Source: a virus (Duplodnaviria; Heunggongvirae; Uroviricota; Caudoviricetes). From it: a DNA stretch of 64,000 bases. The translations under genes and the position numbers were made by a program. Positions 52,640 through 62,400 of the stretch are shown here, piece by piece (positions within the stretch are counted from its first letter, which is position 1; each line of letters starts with the position of its first letter). The DNA lies in IMG/VR virus record IMGVR_UViG_3300042564_004737; one strand, given 5' to 3'. The notes under the pieces were generated by a model. The model ran no database searches. It was not told the origin of the DNA and saw only the letters and a list, made by a program, of their open reading frames with translations.

Positions 52640-54198
52640 AAACCTAAATCTTCTTGAATTGCAATTCGATCGTCTATTGCTTGTTGTGATTGTACATTAT
52701 CATCGACCTCGTCGTCAACTGTTTCGAACAATGCGTTGAATTGTGAACGAGCGTTTTTGGCCTTCTTGCCTTTGAATCCGCGAGTGCCGACTATGTCCAT
52801 CCAATAACGATCGTACTGTTCAATGATGGCTTCTGCTTCTGCTCGATCTGGTGTAGCAAAGATTGCTTCCACAATGTCTTCAAACTTGGTGTAATCGCCA
52901 TTGGTGTCCCACATCATTTTGGGTCTTGATCCAGCATCAAATTCTCTGTTGGCCCGTTGCACTGATTCCAAATGTAACCACACATTATGACCCATCAACA
53001 AAGCATAGCTGAAACTGTCCCAACTTGTTTTGCCTTCTTTGCCAATCTTATTTAGGTCACCGGGTTTGTAATAACAAATATCTTTCATCTGCAGATGTTG
53101 GCTGATGGGACTTTCGTCGAATTTATCAACCAGGCCATCTGCCACCACTGCTTGTCCATACGGGCGTGTGTCTGTGCTGTACTTTTTGTCATCCGCAATG
53201 GGATTCATTCTGTAACTCCACTTGCCATTGTGTGGCAGCACAATCTCGTGATACACTTGACCATTGGCAGTGGCCAGGAATGGACTGGCACAATCAAAAG
53301 AAATGGTAAATTCTGGATTCACATACTTTCTAACTGCTCGCTGAATCACAGTCAGCAGCACGGCCCATTCCAACTTGCTGGTACCCAAAAAGTGCATCCA
53401 ATCGTGAATACCTGGTTGCAACAAATTGTCATGTCGCAATGCTACCAAACGCTTGAGCACCAAATGCACATCACACATGTTCTGTCCGCCCATGCTCCAG
53501 CCGTTGAAGTGAGTGTCTGGATACTTGACAGGATCGCAGTAGTCTTTCATTAGGTCGTACCAGCGATCAGCGTCGGCATGACTGGCACCCTGCAGAACAT
53601 TCAACACTTTCATGCCACCATTTTTAACACCTTTACGATGTTTCATAAAGTATTCGTTGTTGTATTTGGTAGCGTCAACTGCTTCTTGCAGTGTTTTGAT
53701 ACCGCACTTGTCGCTGGCATTCTTGTCATGAATAACCCAGGTAGGGATATCCAGAGTCATGCCGTATGTGGCAACACCGTCTAGCCATTTGAGAATAGAT
53801 TCGCGCTTCTTTTGTGCTTTGGCACAGCCCGAGTTGGCTTTCCAATCGCCTTCCCACAGACCTTTGGCAATCTGGAATCCACCCGAGTCGCCTAACACGA
53901 GTGTGCCAGGCTCACGATTACGAACCATATCCTCTGACCAGTCTGGTTTGGTAAGATCTAAGTTGGCGTGTCCACCTGAATACAGACTCCACCGATATGG
54001 AAACAATGCTTGCTGGCTGTTGAGCCAGTTCAGTTGTTCCATATCAGGAATACCTGCGGGCATACGACCTGGCTCCACATAGGGACCATTTACTGGATCA
54101 CGCTGCTTGCCTACAAAGGTGGCGTAGAATCCACTAATAGCCGGCAAAAATATGGCGTAATCTTTTTGCTTGGCTGTTAGATTGTCTTGTTCCATCAC
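52636..54198 (-). CDS. dpdA: tRNA-guanine-transglycosylase-family protein, DpdA-like 7-deazaguanine DNA transglycosylase
   Basis: 'TLVLGDSGGFQIAKG' = TGT catalytic DSGGFQ motif; 520 aa; co-occurs with FolE/QueD/QueE. Confidence 0.6.
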   Translation of the reverse strand: MMEQDNLTAKQKDYAIFLPAISGFYATFVGKQRDPVNGPYVEPGRMPAGIPDMEQLNWLNSQQALFPYRWSLYSGGHANLDLTKPDWSEDMVRNREPGTLVLGDSGGFQIAKGLWEGDWKANSGCAKAQKKRESILKWLDGVATYGMTLDIPTWVIHDKNASDKCGIKTLQEAVDATKYNNEYFMKHRKGVKNGGMKVLNVLQGASHADADRWYDLMKDYCDPVKYPDTHFNGWSMGGQNMCDVHLVLKRLVALRHDNLLQPGIHDWMHFLGTSKLEWAVLLTVIQRAVRKYVNPEFTISFDCASPFLATANGQVYHEIVLPHNGKWSYRMNPIADDKKYSTDTRPYGQAVVADGLVDKFDESPISQHLQMKDICYYKPGDLNKIGKEGKTSWDSFSYALLMGHNVWLHLESVQRANREFDAGSRPKMMWDTNGDYTKFEDIVEAIFATPDRAEAEAIIEQYDRYWMDIVGTRGFKGKKAKNARSQFNALFETVDDEVDDNVQSQQAIDDRIAIQEDLGL

Positions 54199-54917
54199 TT
54201 GCTCTGTGCTGGAAGAATGTAGTTATAAACAGCAAGTCCTGAATCCACAGTGATCATTGCTGCACCGTCATCACTGATCCGGACAATCTTGTCGCCAGCA
54301 AGATTCATAATGCTGATGAATGTCACAATAGGCCACGACCATGCTCGTTTGAGCTGTCCTGTGATGTTTGGTTGAAACACAAAGTTTCCAGCGTGAGTGC
54401 TGTGATCGCCAAAGAAGAACATCAAGTCGGTACCATCGGTTTTTGCTTGAAAGTTGGTTTCTTCGGCGTTGGCCTGTGCTTGCATTTTCAAACGCAGGAT
54501 ACTGGCCACAGTTGGTTCAAACTCAATGTGCCAAGTTGGTGTTTTAAATTTATAGTTCTTGAGCTGGTCGTTCACCATGCCACTGGCCATAAAGCGATAG
54601 CTGTTTTTAAAGTCGCCAGCAGCGTTTTCAAATGCAATACCATCTGGTTCGCCTGTGGTCTTGCGTGTGATACTGAGTTTGGCGTTCTCGCGGTATTCCT
54701 GAAGATTCAACAAGATTTTTAACTTGTTTAAATTTGGCATGCCAAAGGTACCAACAAAATCTGCCACTGGTCCAGCAAACTTGCCTTCCACTACTACCGA
54801 ACGGTCTTCTGCCACCGCAGCAATAACTGTTTCTTTGTCGTCGCCTGTGATTTTAACCAAGTCAATTACACCCAAATCGAGTGTGTGTTGAACCAGGTCT
54901 AGTAAATGATCTTTCAT
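54195..54917 (-). CDS. hypothetical protein
   Basis: 240-aa ORF overlapping dpdA start. Confidence 0.4.
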   Translation of the reverse strand: MKDHLLDLVQHTLDLGVIDLVKITGDDKETVIAAVAEDRSVVVEGKFAGPVADFVGTFGMPNLNKLKILLNLQEYRENAKLSITRKTTGEPDGIAFENAAGDFKNSYRFMASGMVNDQLKNYKFKTPTWHIEFEPTVASILRLKMQAQANAEETNFQAKTDGTDLMFFFGDHSTHAGNFVFQPNITGQLKRAWSWPIVTFISIMNLAGDKIVRISDDGAAMITVDSGLAVYNYILPAQSK

Positions 54918-54950
54918 GTTTTATTTCTCCTATAGTGTATTGTATATGGT

Positions 54951-55985
54951 TTATTTAGATTTTGCAAGTGGTTTGGGTAATATTTTTGCCAATGTTTGTC
55001 CGCCTTTTAGACTAGTGAGTGTTCCAGGTTTACGCAATTCCAGCCAGGTGAGATTCAGCTTGTCGGTCCACATAAACTGCTGTTGATATTTGAGTCGCTT
55101 GGCTGCGGCTTTGACACGCCTTCCTGGTGTATAAAAACAGAAGTTTTTTTCAACCAATGCCACACAATGAGCACGATCGCAATCATTGAATGTCATGGCC
55201 AGTGTGCCGCCAGGTCTTAGTTTTTTAAATATAATTTCCAAATAGTTTTCTACCACTTCAATCGGTGTGAATTCAAAGAAATTAAATGCCAGACACAGTC
55301 CCAGTTGATTGTCTGGTATTGCAGCCAGCACATCAGTTGTGACCGGAGATTCTTCGTATGTTCTTAATCTATTTTGATACTCAGCATTGAATTTACTCCG
55401 AGCTGGTGCCAACAATGCATGACTGTAGTCAACAAGATACAATGGATCCAGTGCTACCAAATCATCAATGAAAGTTTCTTTTCCCGGTCTAATGATCAAT
55501 CCAGCATACTTCCAGTCTACAAAAGATTTTATTCTGTCCAACAGCATCTGTTGAGTTTCTGGACTTATTGCTAGACTACGGTCAATGATTTGTTGGTTGA
55601 CTTGGGCGTTGGTGCTGTCGGACAAATGACCGTATCTAGTAGACTCTTCGTTGTACTGTGCTGTGCTATCTTTATAGTAGGTCTTTTCAACAGTTTCAAT
55701 TAAGGAATCCAGTTCTTTTACCAACTCGTCCAGTGTCAATCCAAATTGATTAAAGATGTCAACTAGATTATTTAAATCTTCTTCTATCGACTGCGTGAAA
55801 GATCGCGGCTGTATCACACTGTTTTTCACAGTATGCACAACATCGGCCAATTTATGTCGAGCATGATACTGTATATCTGCCACATCATATTCCAGCAGTT
55901 GATTGCGGTAGGCAATGAGTTCGCTTAGTTTCATATCTTTACCATTCAAATAAATTTTGGAATGTGTTTTCTGTGTTGGTTGCAC
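54951..55985 (-). CDS. hypothetical protein, possible SAM-dependent methyltransferase
   Basis: 'FKKLRPGGTLAMTF' post-motif-II-like block. Confidence 0.3.
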   Translation of the reverse strand: MQPTQKTHSKIYLNGKDMKLSELIAYRNQLLEYDVADIQYHARHKLADVVHTVKNSVIQPRSFTQSIEEDLNNLVDIFNQFGLTLDELVKELDSLIETVEKTYYKDSTAQYNEESTRYGHLSDSTNAQVNQQIIDRSLAISPETQQMLLDRIKSFVDWKYAGLIIRPGKETFIDDLVALDPLYLVDYSHALLAPARSKFNAEYQNRLRTYEESPVTTDVLAAIPDNQLGLCLAFNFFEFTPIEVVENYLEIIFKKLRPGGTLAMTFNDCDRAHCVALVEKNFCFYTPGRRVKAAAKRLKYQQQFMWTDKLNLTWLELRKPGTLTSLKGGQTLAKILPKPLAKSK

Positions 55986-58596
55986 TGGGCAAGTCCCACT
56001 CCATTACACCCAACAGGTTGTCAATCTTCTGATCCACCACAGTGGCCTCCATCAATCCGTCATCAAACGGCAGTTCCTTGAACCACTCCGGCAAGCGTTG
56101 TTCGTCTGTGGGATAGCCAATGCTGGTCCAACCCAGTGCATTGCTCTTGAGTTTGCACACAATTGTTTTCATACCATCCACAATCTGCATTGAATAGTTG
56201 TCACTGTTCATGCGTCTCAGATTGTTCCAGTTCATTGCAGCTCTGACATGGCCAGGCATGTTGGCTTTGCCTTGGCGTGTTTCTTCTGCTGCATATTTGG
56301 TCAAGTTGTTGACACGCTTGGGCGATCCTTTTTCCCAGCCGGGTCGATCCATGAACTCGTATTTGAATTCACGGATGCGTTCAATGATGCTTTCTTTTTG
56401 TGCTCCACTCAACGCAAGATTCAAAATCTCCAACAAGAAGTCTTGAATCACTTTGGGTGTATCACTGCGCTTGAGGTCAAGCCCCATGACTTTTGTCTTG
56501 CCCAGCGCACCATTGACGTCCAATCGCTTGCCTTCAAGGTCAATGATGTTTACAGCATAGCGTTTCTTTGTGATGAACAGGCCACGATCTGCCACCAGCT
56601 CGCGGCCGGCTTTGATCAACCCGCCCATGTCTCGCGGACAATGGAATGCCTGCTCCATAAAACCCGGGAATGAATCGTTTACTTGATCTGCAATTGAGTC
56701 ATACAAAGCAATACAAGTTTCCTTGCTCCACTCCATGCGACCTTGCTCTACTTCGGTCTTGATTGCCGGCCAAGCACTGAAGTAACATGAATCAGTGTCG
56801 CCGTATATCACAGCATCGCCGGTATGATCATACTTGCCAGTGATACATTCATTGATGTAAGCATCCATGTGTCGGGCAATGGCACGGCCTGTCAGTGTGG
56901 TACTCTGACCAATGCGATGGTCAAAGAATCTGCAACCGGGATTCAGCAGGGCTCCGTACAAGCTGTTCAAGTTGATCTTCTTGACCAGTTGCCGCTTGTC
57001 CCAGAATGCTTCTTCTTTTTTGTCTTTGGCATCTTTTTTCTTGGCCTGCATTTCTTTGCGTTCACTATACCATCGTTCCAGCAGACCGGGAATGATACCT
57101 TTCTTTTCGTAAGTGATAATGGTTCCGTTGGCAGTCAAGATCCATGGACGATTTGAATCAAACACAATGGACCACATCTCAGCCGCTGAATACACATTGG
57201 TCTCGCCATCTTGCCAATCCACTGTGAGTTCAGTGCCGCGTTGTTGTTCCATCACCGCAGTGTATTCCAAACTGCCGAACAGGCCCTCCCACGCTGCTGC
57301 AAAACTTGCGCCACCGTTCATTTTGTCTTTGATGTAACGATCAGTCATGATGGGTCGCAGTTGACCTATCACAGTTTCTGGACCCATGTTCATGGCACGA
57401 ATTGCCGATGGATACAGGCTGTTGATGTCAACCGAACCAATCCATTCACTCATGCCCTTCTTGGGATATGCCACATAGGCACCTGCGGCCTGAGTGTTGT
57501 CGTCAGTGAGCTGTTGCTTGCGATTGGGCACAACCATGCCACGCTCGTGTGCTTCGTTGATAATGGCCTGGTCAGTCACAGCAACTGCACCCATTGTGGT
57601 CTGTAGCAACACAGTGTTGGCATGTGCCAGTGTGTTGGCCAGATCCAAAAACTGTAGTTTCTTGTCCAGCTTGTCCAACAGTGCAGTATCTTGTCTGTTG
57701 TAGGCAATGAATGTTCGGAAGTGTTGATTGTACAGTTGATCCAGTGTGCCTTCAAACTGTGTCTTGCGCTCGCCTAACTCGTGTTCGGCAATGGCATCCA
57801 GGCTGTAGCTGTGTCGTTCTTCATATGTGTATTTGCGATACAACTGCATATAGTCCATATGCACACGACCGATCAGATCGTATGTTTGTTGTTCAGCACC
57901 AAAGCGTTCAAATTGCCTTGGTTTGGGAAACTGCCCCCACAGACAGAACTTGCGTGTGTCGTCTTTGCTGAGTATGCGAGTGATACGATTCACTGTGTAG
58001 GGAATGTCGTAGCCCTCTGAATTCCAACCGCTGAGTACATCGGCATCGTCAATCAGGTCCAGAAACATTTTCAGCATGTCTGCTTCGTTGTCAAACAAGA
58101 ATGTGTTGTCAAATTCAGCAACCAGTTCTTGTGCAGTAGCCATGCTGATACTTTTGGGCGGCACAGCCAATGTGACCAACTGATCCAGCCAGTTCAAATA
58201 AACAGAAATGGCAGTGATGGCATTGAACGGATCGTGAGTGGGAGAAAACCCGCGCTCTTTGTCAAAGTCTACTTCAATGTCAAAAAAGGCCGTTTGCAGT
58301 TCTGGGGCAACAGCATCTTTGTAGTTTTCTTCAAAGCATCTAAAGATGGGATTGATATCGCTTTCATACAACTGCTTGCCGCCGTGCATGCGAACTTCTT
58401 TGCGAAATTCTTTGTTGTTGCGTGTGCTGAATCTTGACACAGGTGTGTCGTAGATGCTGCGGAACTTGCCACGGGCATCATCATAGTAGAAGATGTAGTT
58501 GGCTGGATATTCTTTGTAGACTCTCTTGCCGCCTTGGCGTTCTACAACATGGATGCGATCGTGCTCACGATCAAACAGTGCGTCTACATAACTCAA
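55939..58596 (-). CDS. family B DNA polymerase (T4 gp43-like) with 3'-5' exonuclease domain
   Basis: 885 aa; exo I 'FDIEVD', polymerase motif C 'YGDTDS', motif A 'DINSLYPSA'. Confidence 0.85.
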   Translation of the reverse strand: MSYVDALFDREHDRIHVVERQGGKRVYKEYPANYIFYYDDARGKFRSIYDTPVSRFSTRNNKEFRKEVRMHGGKQLYESDINPIFRCFEENYKDAVAPELQTAFFDIEVDFDKERGFSPTHDPFNAITAISVYLNWLDQLVTLAVPPKSISMATAQELVAEFDNTFLFDNEADMLKMFLDLIDDADVLSGWNSEGYDIPYTVNRITRILSKDDTRKFCLWGQFPKPRQFERFGAEQQTYDLIGRVHMDYMQLYRKYTYEERHSYSLDAIAEHELGERKTQFEGTLDQLYNQHFRTFIAYNRQDTALLDKLDKKLQFLDLANTLAHANTVLLQTTMGAVAVTDQAIINEAHERGMVVPNRKQQLTDDNTQAAGAYVAYPKKGMSEWIGSVDINSLYPSAIRAMNMGPETVIGQLRPIMTDRYIKDKMNGGASFAAAWEGLFGSLEYTAVMEQQRGTELTVDWQDGETNVYSAAEMWSIVFDSNRPWILTANGTIITYEKKGIIPGLLERWYSERKEMQAKKKDAKDKKEEAFWDKRQLVKKINLNSLYGALLNPGCRFFDHRIGQSTTLTGRAIARHMDAYINECITGKYDHTGDAVIYGDTDSCYFSAWPAIKTEVEQGRMEWSKETCIALYDSIADQVNDSFPGFMEQAFHCPRDMGGLIKAGRELVADRGLFITKKRYAVNIIDLEGKRLDVNGALGKTKVMGLDLKRSDTPKVIQDFLLEILNLALSGAQKESIIERIREFKYEFMDRPGWEKGSPKRVNNLTKYAAEETRQGKANMPGHVRAAMNWNNLRRMNSDNYSMQIVDGMKTIVCKLKSNALGWTSIGYPTDEQRLPEWFKELPFDDGLMEATVVDQKIDNLLGVMEWDLPSATNTENTFQNLFEW

Positions 58597-58671
58597 TCAT
58601 TTTCTCCGTTTATGGCCGGTGGGCCGTGATTCATGCTCGTATCGTGAGCGACTCGCTGTTTAAAACAGTAC

Positions 58672-58935
58672 TTATAATGTCTTGCCCACAGTCTCAAGAA
58701 TTGTTTCCAGCAATTCGTGATCCTGTTTGGCCTTGCCAAATTCAGCTTTGTGTGCCAATTTGATGGCCTTTTTCAACACACCGGGTTTGATCTCAAGTTC
58801 TTCTGCAATGGCCTTGATGGTGTCGTTGAGACCGCCGGTGAGTGTTTCAATCTCCTGAGTCACTTGCATGCCCTCATTGATGATTGCTGTCAGTTTGATC
58901 TTTTGGTCGCCGTTGAATGTCTTTTGTTGTGTCAT
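58672..58935 (-). CDS. hypothetical small protein
   Basis: 87-aa ORF. Confidence 0.35.
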   Translation of the reverse strand: MTQQKTFNGDQKIKLTAIINEGMQVTQEIETLTGGLNDTIKAIAEELEIKPGVLKKAIKLAHKAEFGKAKQDHELLETILETVGKTL

Positions 58936-59097
58936 AGAATACTCCGATTAAAAAGTTATTATAACATGGATTTTGTTGATGTCAACTCATTTTGGTAATA
59001 AGCTCACTTCCAGTAAGCCGAGTAGCGAATTCGGTTCACTGCGCCAGCAGCCGGCGCACACTTATATAACGCAAAGGTCCTAAGGTAGTGTGTTCTG

Positions 59098-59499
59098 TTA
59101 TTTTCCTGCCACTGCTAGTGCAGCGCCTTTGTTGAAACTGGGACTCCATGGACTATTGCCCAGCTTTAGTCCTTTGCGTTTGCTCCAGTCATATCCGGCT
59201 CTGTGTCCCGAACAGTCTCGGGTGCATTCTGATCCAAGAAAAGTCAATTCGCGCAGTTGATCTCGTGTCCACCGGTCAGGTATCACGCCATGCTTGGCCA
59301 CAAACGCATCGTGCAATTGTTTGCCGGTGATGCCGTGGTCTCTGGCAATGGTCTGCATCATGTGGTCAATTGCGCTGTAACCCTTAGGATCGTCGAGATC
59401 TTTTTCAAGATCCTCCACTGCACCTTCTTTCACAATTGCAAATTCACTAGCTCTCATGGAATCAGTTAACAAGTTTGTTGTATGGGCTAACAGACGCAA
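59098..59499 (-). CDS. hypothetical protein
   Basis: 133-aa ORF. Confidence 0.4.
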   Translation of the reverse strand: MRLLAHTTNLLTDSMRASEFAIVKEGAVEDLEKDLDDPKGYSAIDHMMQTIARDHGITGKQLHDAFVAKHGVIPDRWTRDQLRELTFLGSECTRDCSGHRAGYDWSKRKGLKLGNSPWSPSFNKGAALAVAGK

Positions 59500-62400
59500 T
59501 GCCCGCTAATCTTTTCATGCCAGCAAGAGAATCTTCCGCCACAGGTGCTGCTGCAATATCATTACCTTGATCATCTAATCCTGCCTGTGCCATCATTGCA
59601 GCTAATTTAGGATTTTTAGCCTTCATTGCAGCTATTGCTGCGGCTTCTGGATTTCCACCTGCGGCCATGGCAGTGTTTGCTGCTTGCACAATATCTACTT
59701 TCTTACCTGCTGGATTAGTTGCTGGTGAAGTTGTTCGCGGCTGAAACATGCCAGTCGTTGTTGGTGCTGCTGGCGCAGCTACAGGTGCAGCTGGTGCTGC
59801 TTTAGCTTTATTTGCTGCTGCTGCTGCTTGGGCAGCTTGTATATCAGCTTTTTCTTTCGCTGCTAATTCTGCGCCGTAAGCAGTTAACTCACCAGTCTTG
59901 CCGCTATATCTAGCAGTTGGTGAATCAGGTGTTGGTTCTTTTGCAGCCACAGATGCTGCTGGCGCAGCTACAGGTGCAGCTACAGGTACTGCTGCTGCTG
60001 GCGCAGGTGCTGCTGCTTTAGCTTTATTTGCTGCTGCGTAAGCAGCTTCTTTAGATTTATTTGGTGTTAGCAATCCAGGTTTTTTGGGAGCTGCCGCCGC
60101 TGCTGTTGTTGTTGGCAATGTAGCTGCTGGCTTATTTCCTGTCCAGATCTGGTTGGAGCGAGGAGCAGCCTCATGTATGGCCCTGATCGGGAGTCCAGCA
60201 GACTTCAACATGGATTCTAACTCGTCGCCTGCTGACTCTGACACACCTTCTTTTATCTCAGCGCCTCGTTGTCGTTGAAGCTGCGCCGCAGCCCGATTGA
60301 TTGAAGCCCACCGACCACCCATATGATGGGTCTGCCCGTGATTTGGTCCAGGAACTCCTAATTTTTTAGCAACTTGTTCAGGAGTCATACCTTTGGCCAG
60401 TAATGCCAAGGCCTCAGCATCTTCTTTTCGTGACGCATCGGTTGATCGTGCTTGAGCAGAACCAGCAGCGCCAACGCCAACAGCACCAGCGGCTGCTGCA
60501 CCTAAGCCTTGTAAGAATCCTCTGCGGCTTAGATCTTCCTCTATGCCATGTTTTTTCATCAATCGACCAATTTGACTGTCTGGATTTGGTCGATTGCCAG
60601 ATTTTAAAAACGCACGGATCATGCCTAACTCTTGTTGCTTGCGTTCATCAGACCGATCAACTGCAGGTCCAGTACCGGTGTTGTCACTGCTGTCTGACTG
60701 GGGTTCATAGTACCAGCCCCGACCCGGGTCGTCGCCGCCAGTTTGAGTTGGCTTATTAAATTTGAAATAGGCGATCTGTTTATCACCCCAGTAGCCTTTG
60801 AACACGCCAGTGGCATCATCAAAGTCTTCACGATCAAAATGATCTGCTTCAAATTGACCAAAGTAATCCGCACTGCGACGATATGACTCTGGCGTGGGAT
60901 ACTTGTAAGGATCATCGCCGATGTCGTCGTCGCCACCACCTGAACCGGGAGCAAATTCATTCAGGCCTTGTGCAGCATACTTGGCGTACACATTGCTATT
61001 TTCGCCGTAGCCATGTCGTCGAGCCAGTTGTTGCAATTGCTCTCGTGTCTTGCCTTGGAAGTATTCTTTCTTTTCGGCGTCGGACATTTGACGAATTTTT
61101 TCTTTGATTCGAATCACTGCCGCTGGCATGGCACCTTCCGCCACAGCTGGTTGTTTTGCTGGTTGTTTGACTGTGGTATTCACACTGGAATATCCAGTAG
61201 GGCCACTGAAATTAGGAGTCTTGGCAGGTGCAGGTTTAGCAGCACCTGCAGCTCGCGCAGCTTGACGACGAGCAACTTCTCTACGACCAACATAGCCAGC
61301 ACCTTGTGGATCCTCACCTGGAAATTTGCCAGCTGCTGCTGCGGGTGCTGTTGGCTTGGTTGTAGTGGCGGTAGCTGTTGTTGGTGTAGCAGTTGTCGGT
61401 GCTGTTGGTGTAGCAGTTGTCGGTGCTGTTGGCGTAGCTACTGTTGGTGCTGTTGGTGTAGCTGTTACTGTAGCAGCAGCAACTGGTAGACCCATTTTAC
61501 TGTAAACTGAAGTTACCACTTCTTGTGGCACGCCTTGTGTGACCAACCAAGCAGCCAATTGATCTGAATCACTGGGTTTTCCCTTTTGATGCCAGTTCAT
61601 CTTGAGTTTTTCTTTGGTCACGTTGGTAGTAAATTGACGACCAAATGTGCTCAGTGCACCACCTACTTTGCTGAGCCCACGGCTCAGCAGGCCGGGTTTT
61701 TTGGCTGCAGGTGCAACTGGAGCACCCGCCATGTCGGGACGATACAATGCCGGGCGTGTGCTTCCAGGCACACCCTTGAGTTCCATGATGGCTTTACGGT
61801 ATCGGTCAACGTTTTCAAACACTGTGTAGGCGCCAGCAGTGGTTAAGTTCACAGTTTTGCTCTTGCGTCCTATGCTTTCGTTCAATTTCCAATTCAAGAT
61901 GGTTGTTTTTTTGTCAATCAACTGACTGACCGGCAATCTTATTAACTTGACAGATTCTGTGAATCCTTTTGGTCTTATTGAACCGCTGCCGCCGCTGCCG
62001 GGTGTGTAGTTTGATGGATACATGGGCGCTAGGCCTGGTTTGGTAGCTTTCATAGATCCGTCTGGCTGTAGTTCAGCACTTGGAAAACGTTTGGTAAAGT
62101 CTGCCTTCCAGGCATCATATGCGGCTGTTTGTCTGGCCAGTTCGTCAGCGGGCAAACCAGCGTTTGGTGGAATAAAACTACCCTTGTCGTTGACAGGAAT
62201 GCCGTATTCTAATTTTTGTCCCAGTGAGTCAGTGCTGGTTGGTCCTGATTGACTGTAATCAATAGGAGCAGAATATTTTCCTGGATCAGCAGCAGCTTGA
62301 CTCACATCAGCAGCGTCAACCCCTCCTAGGCGTTCCAGGCTTCCAGTTTGTGTGATAGAACTGTCAGGCACATTGCCTTTGGCAATGTCGGCCATGGTGT

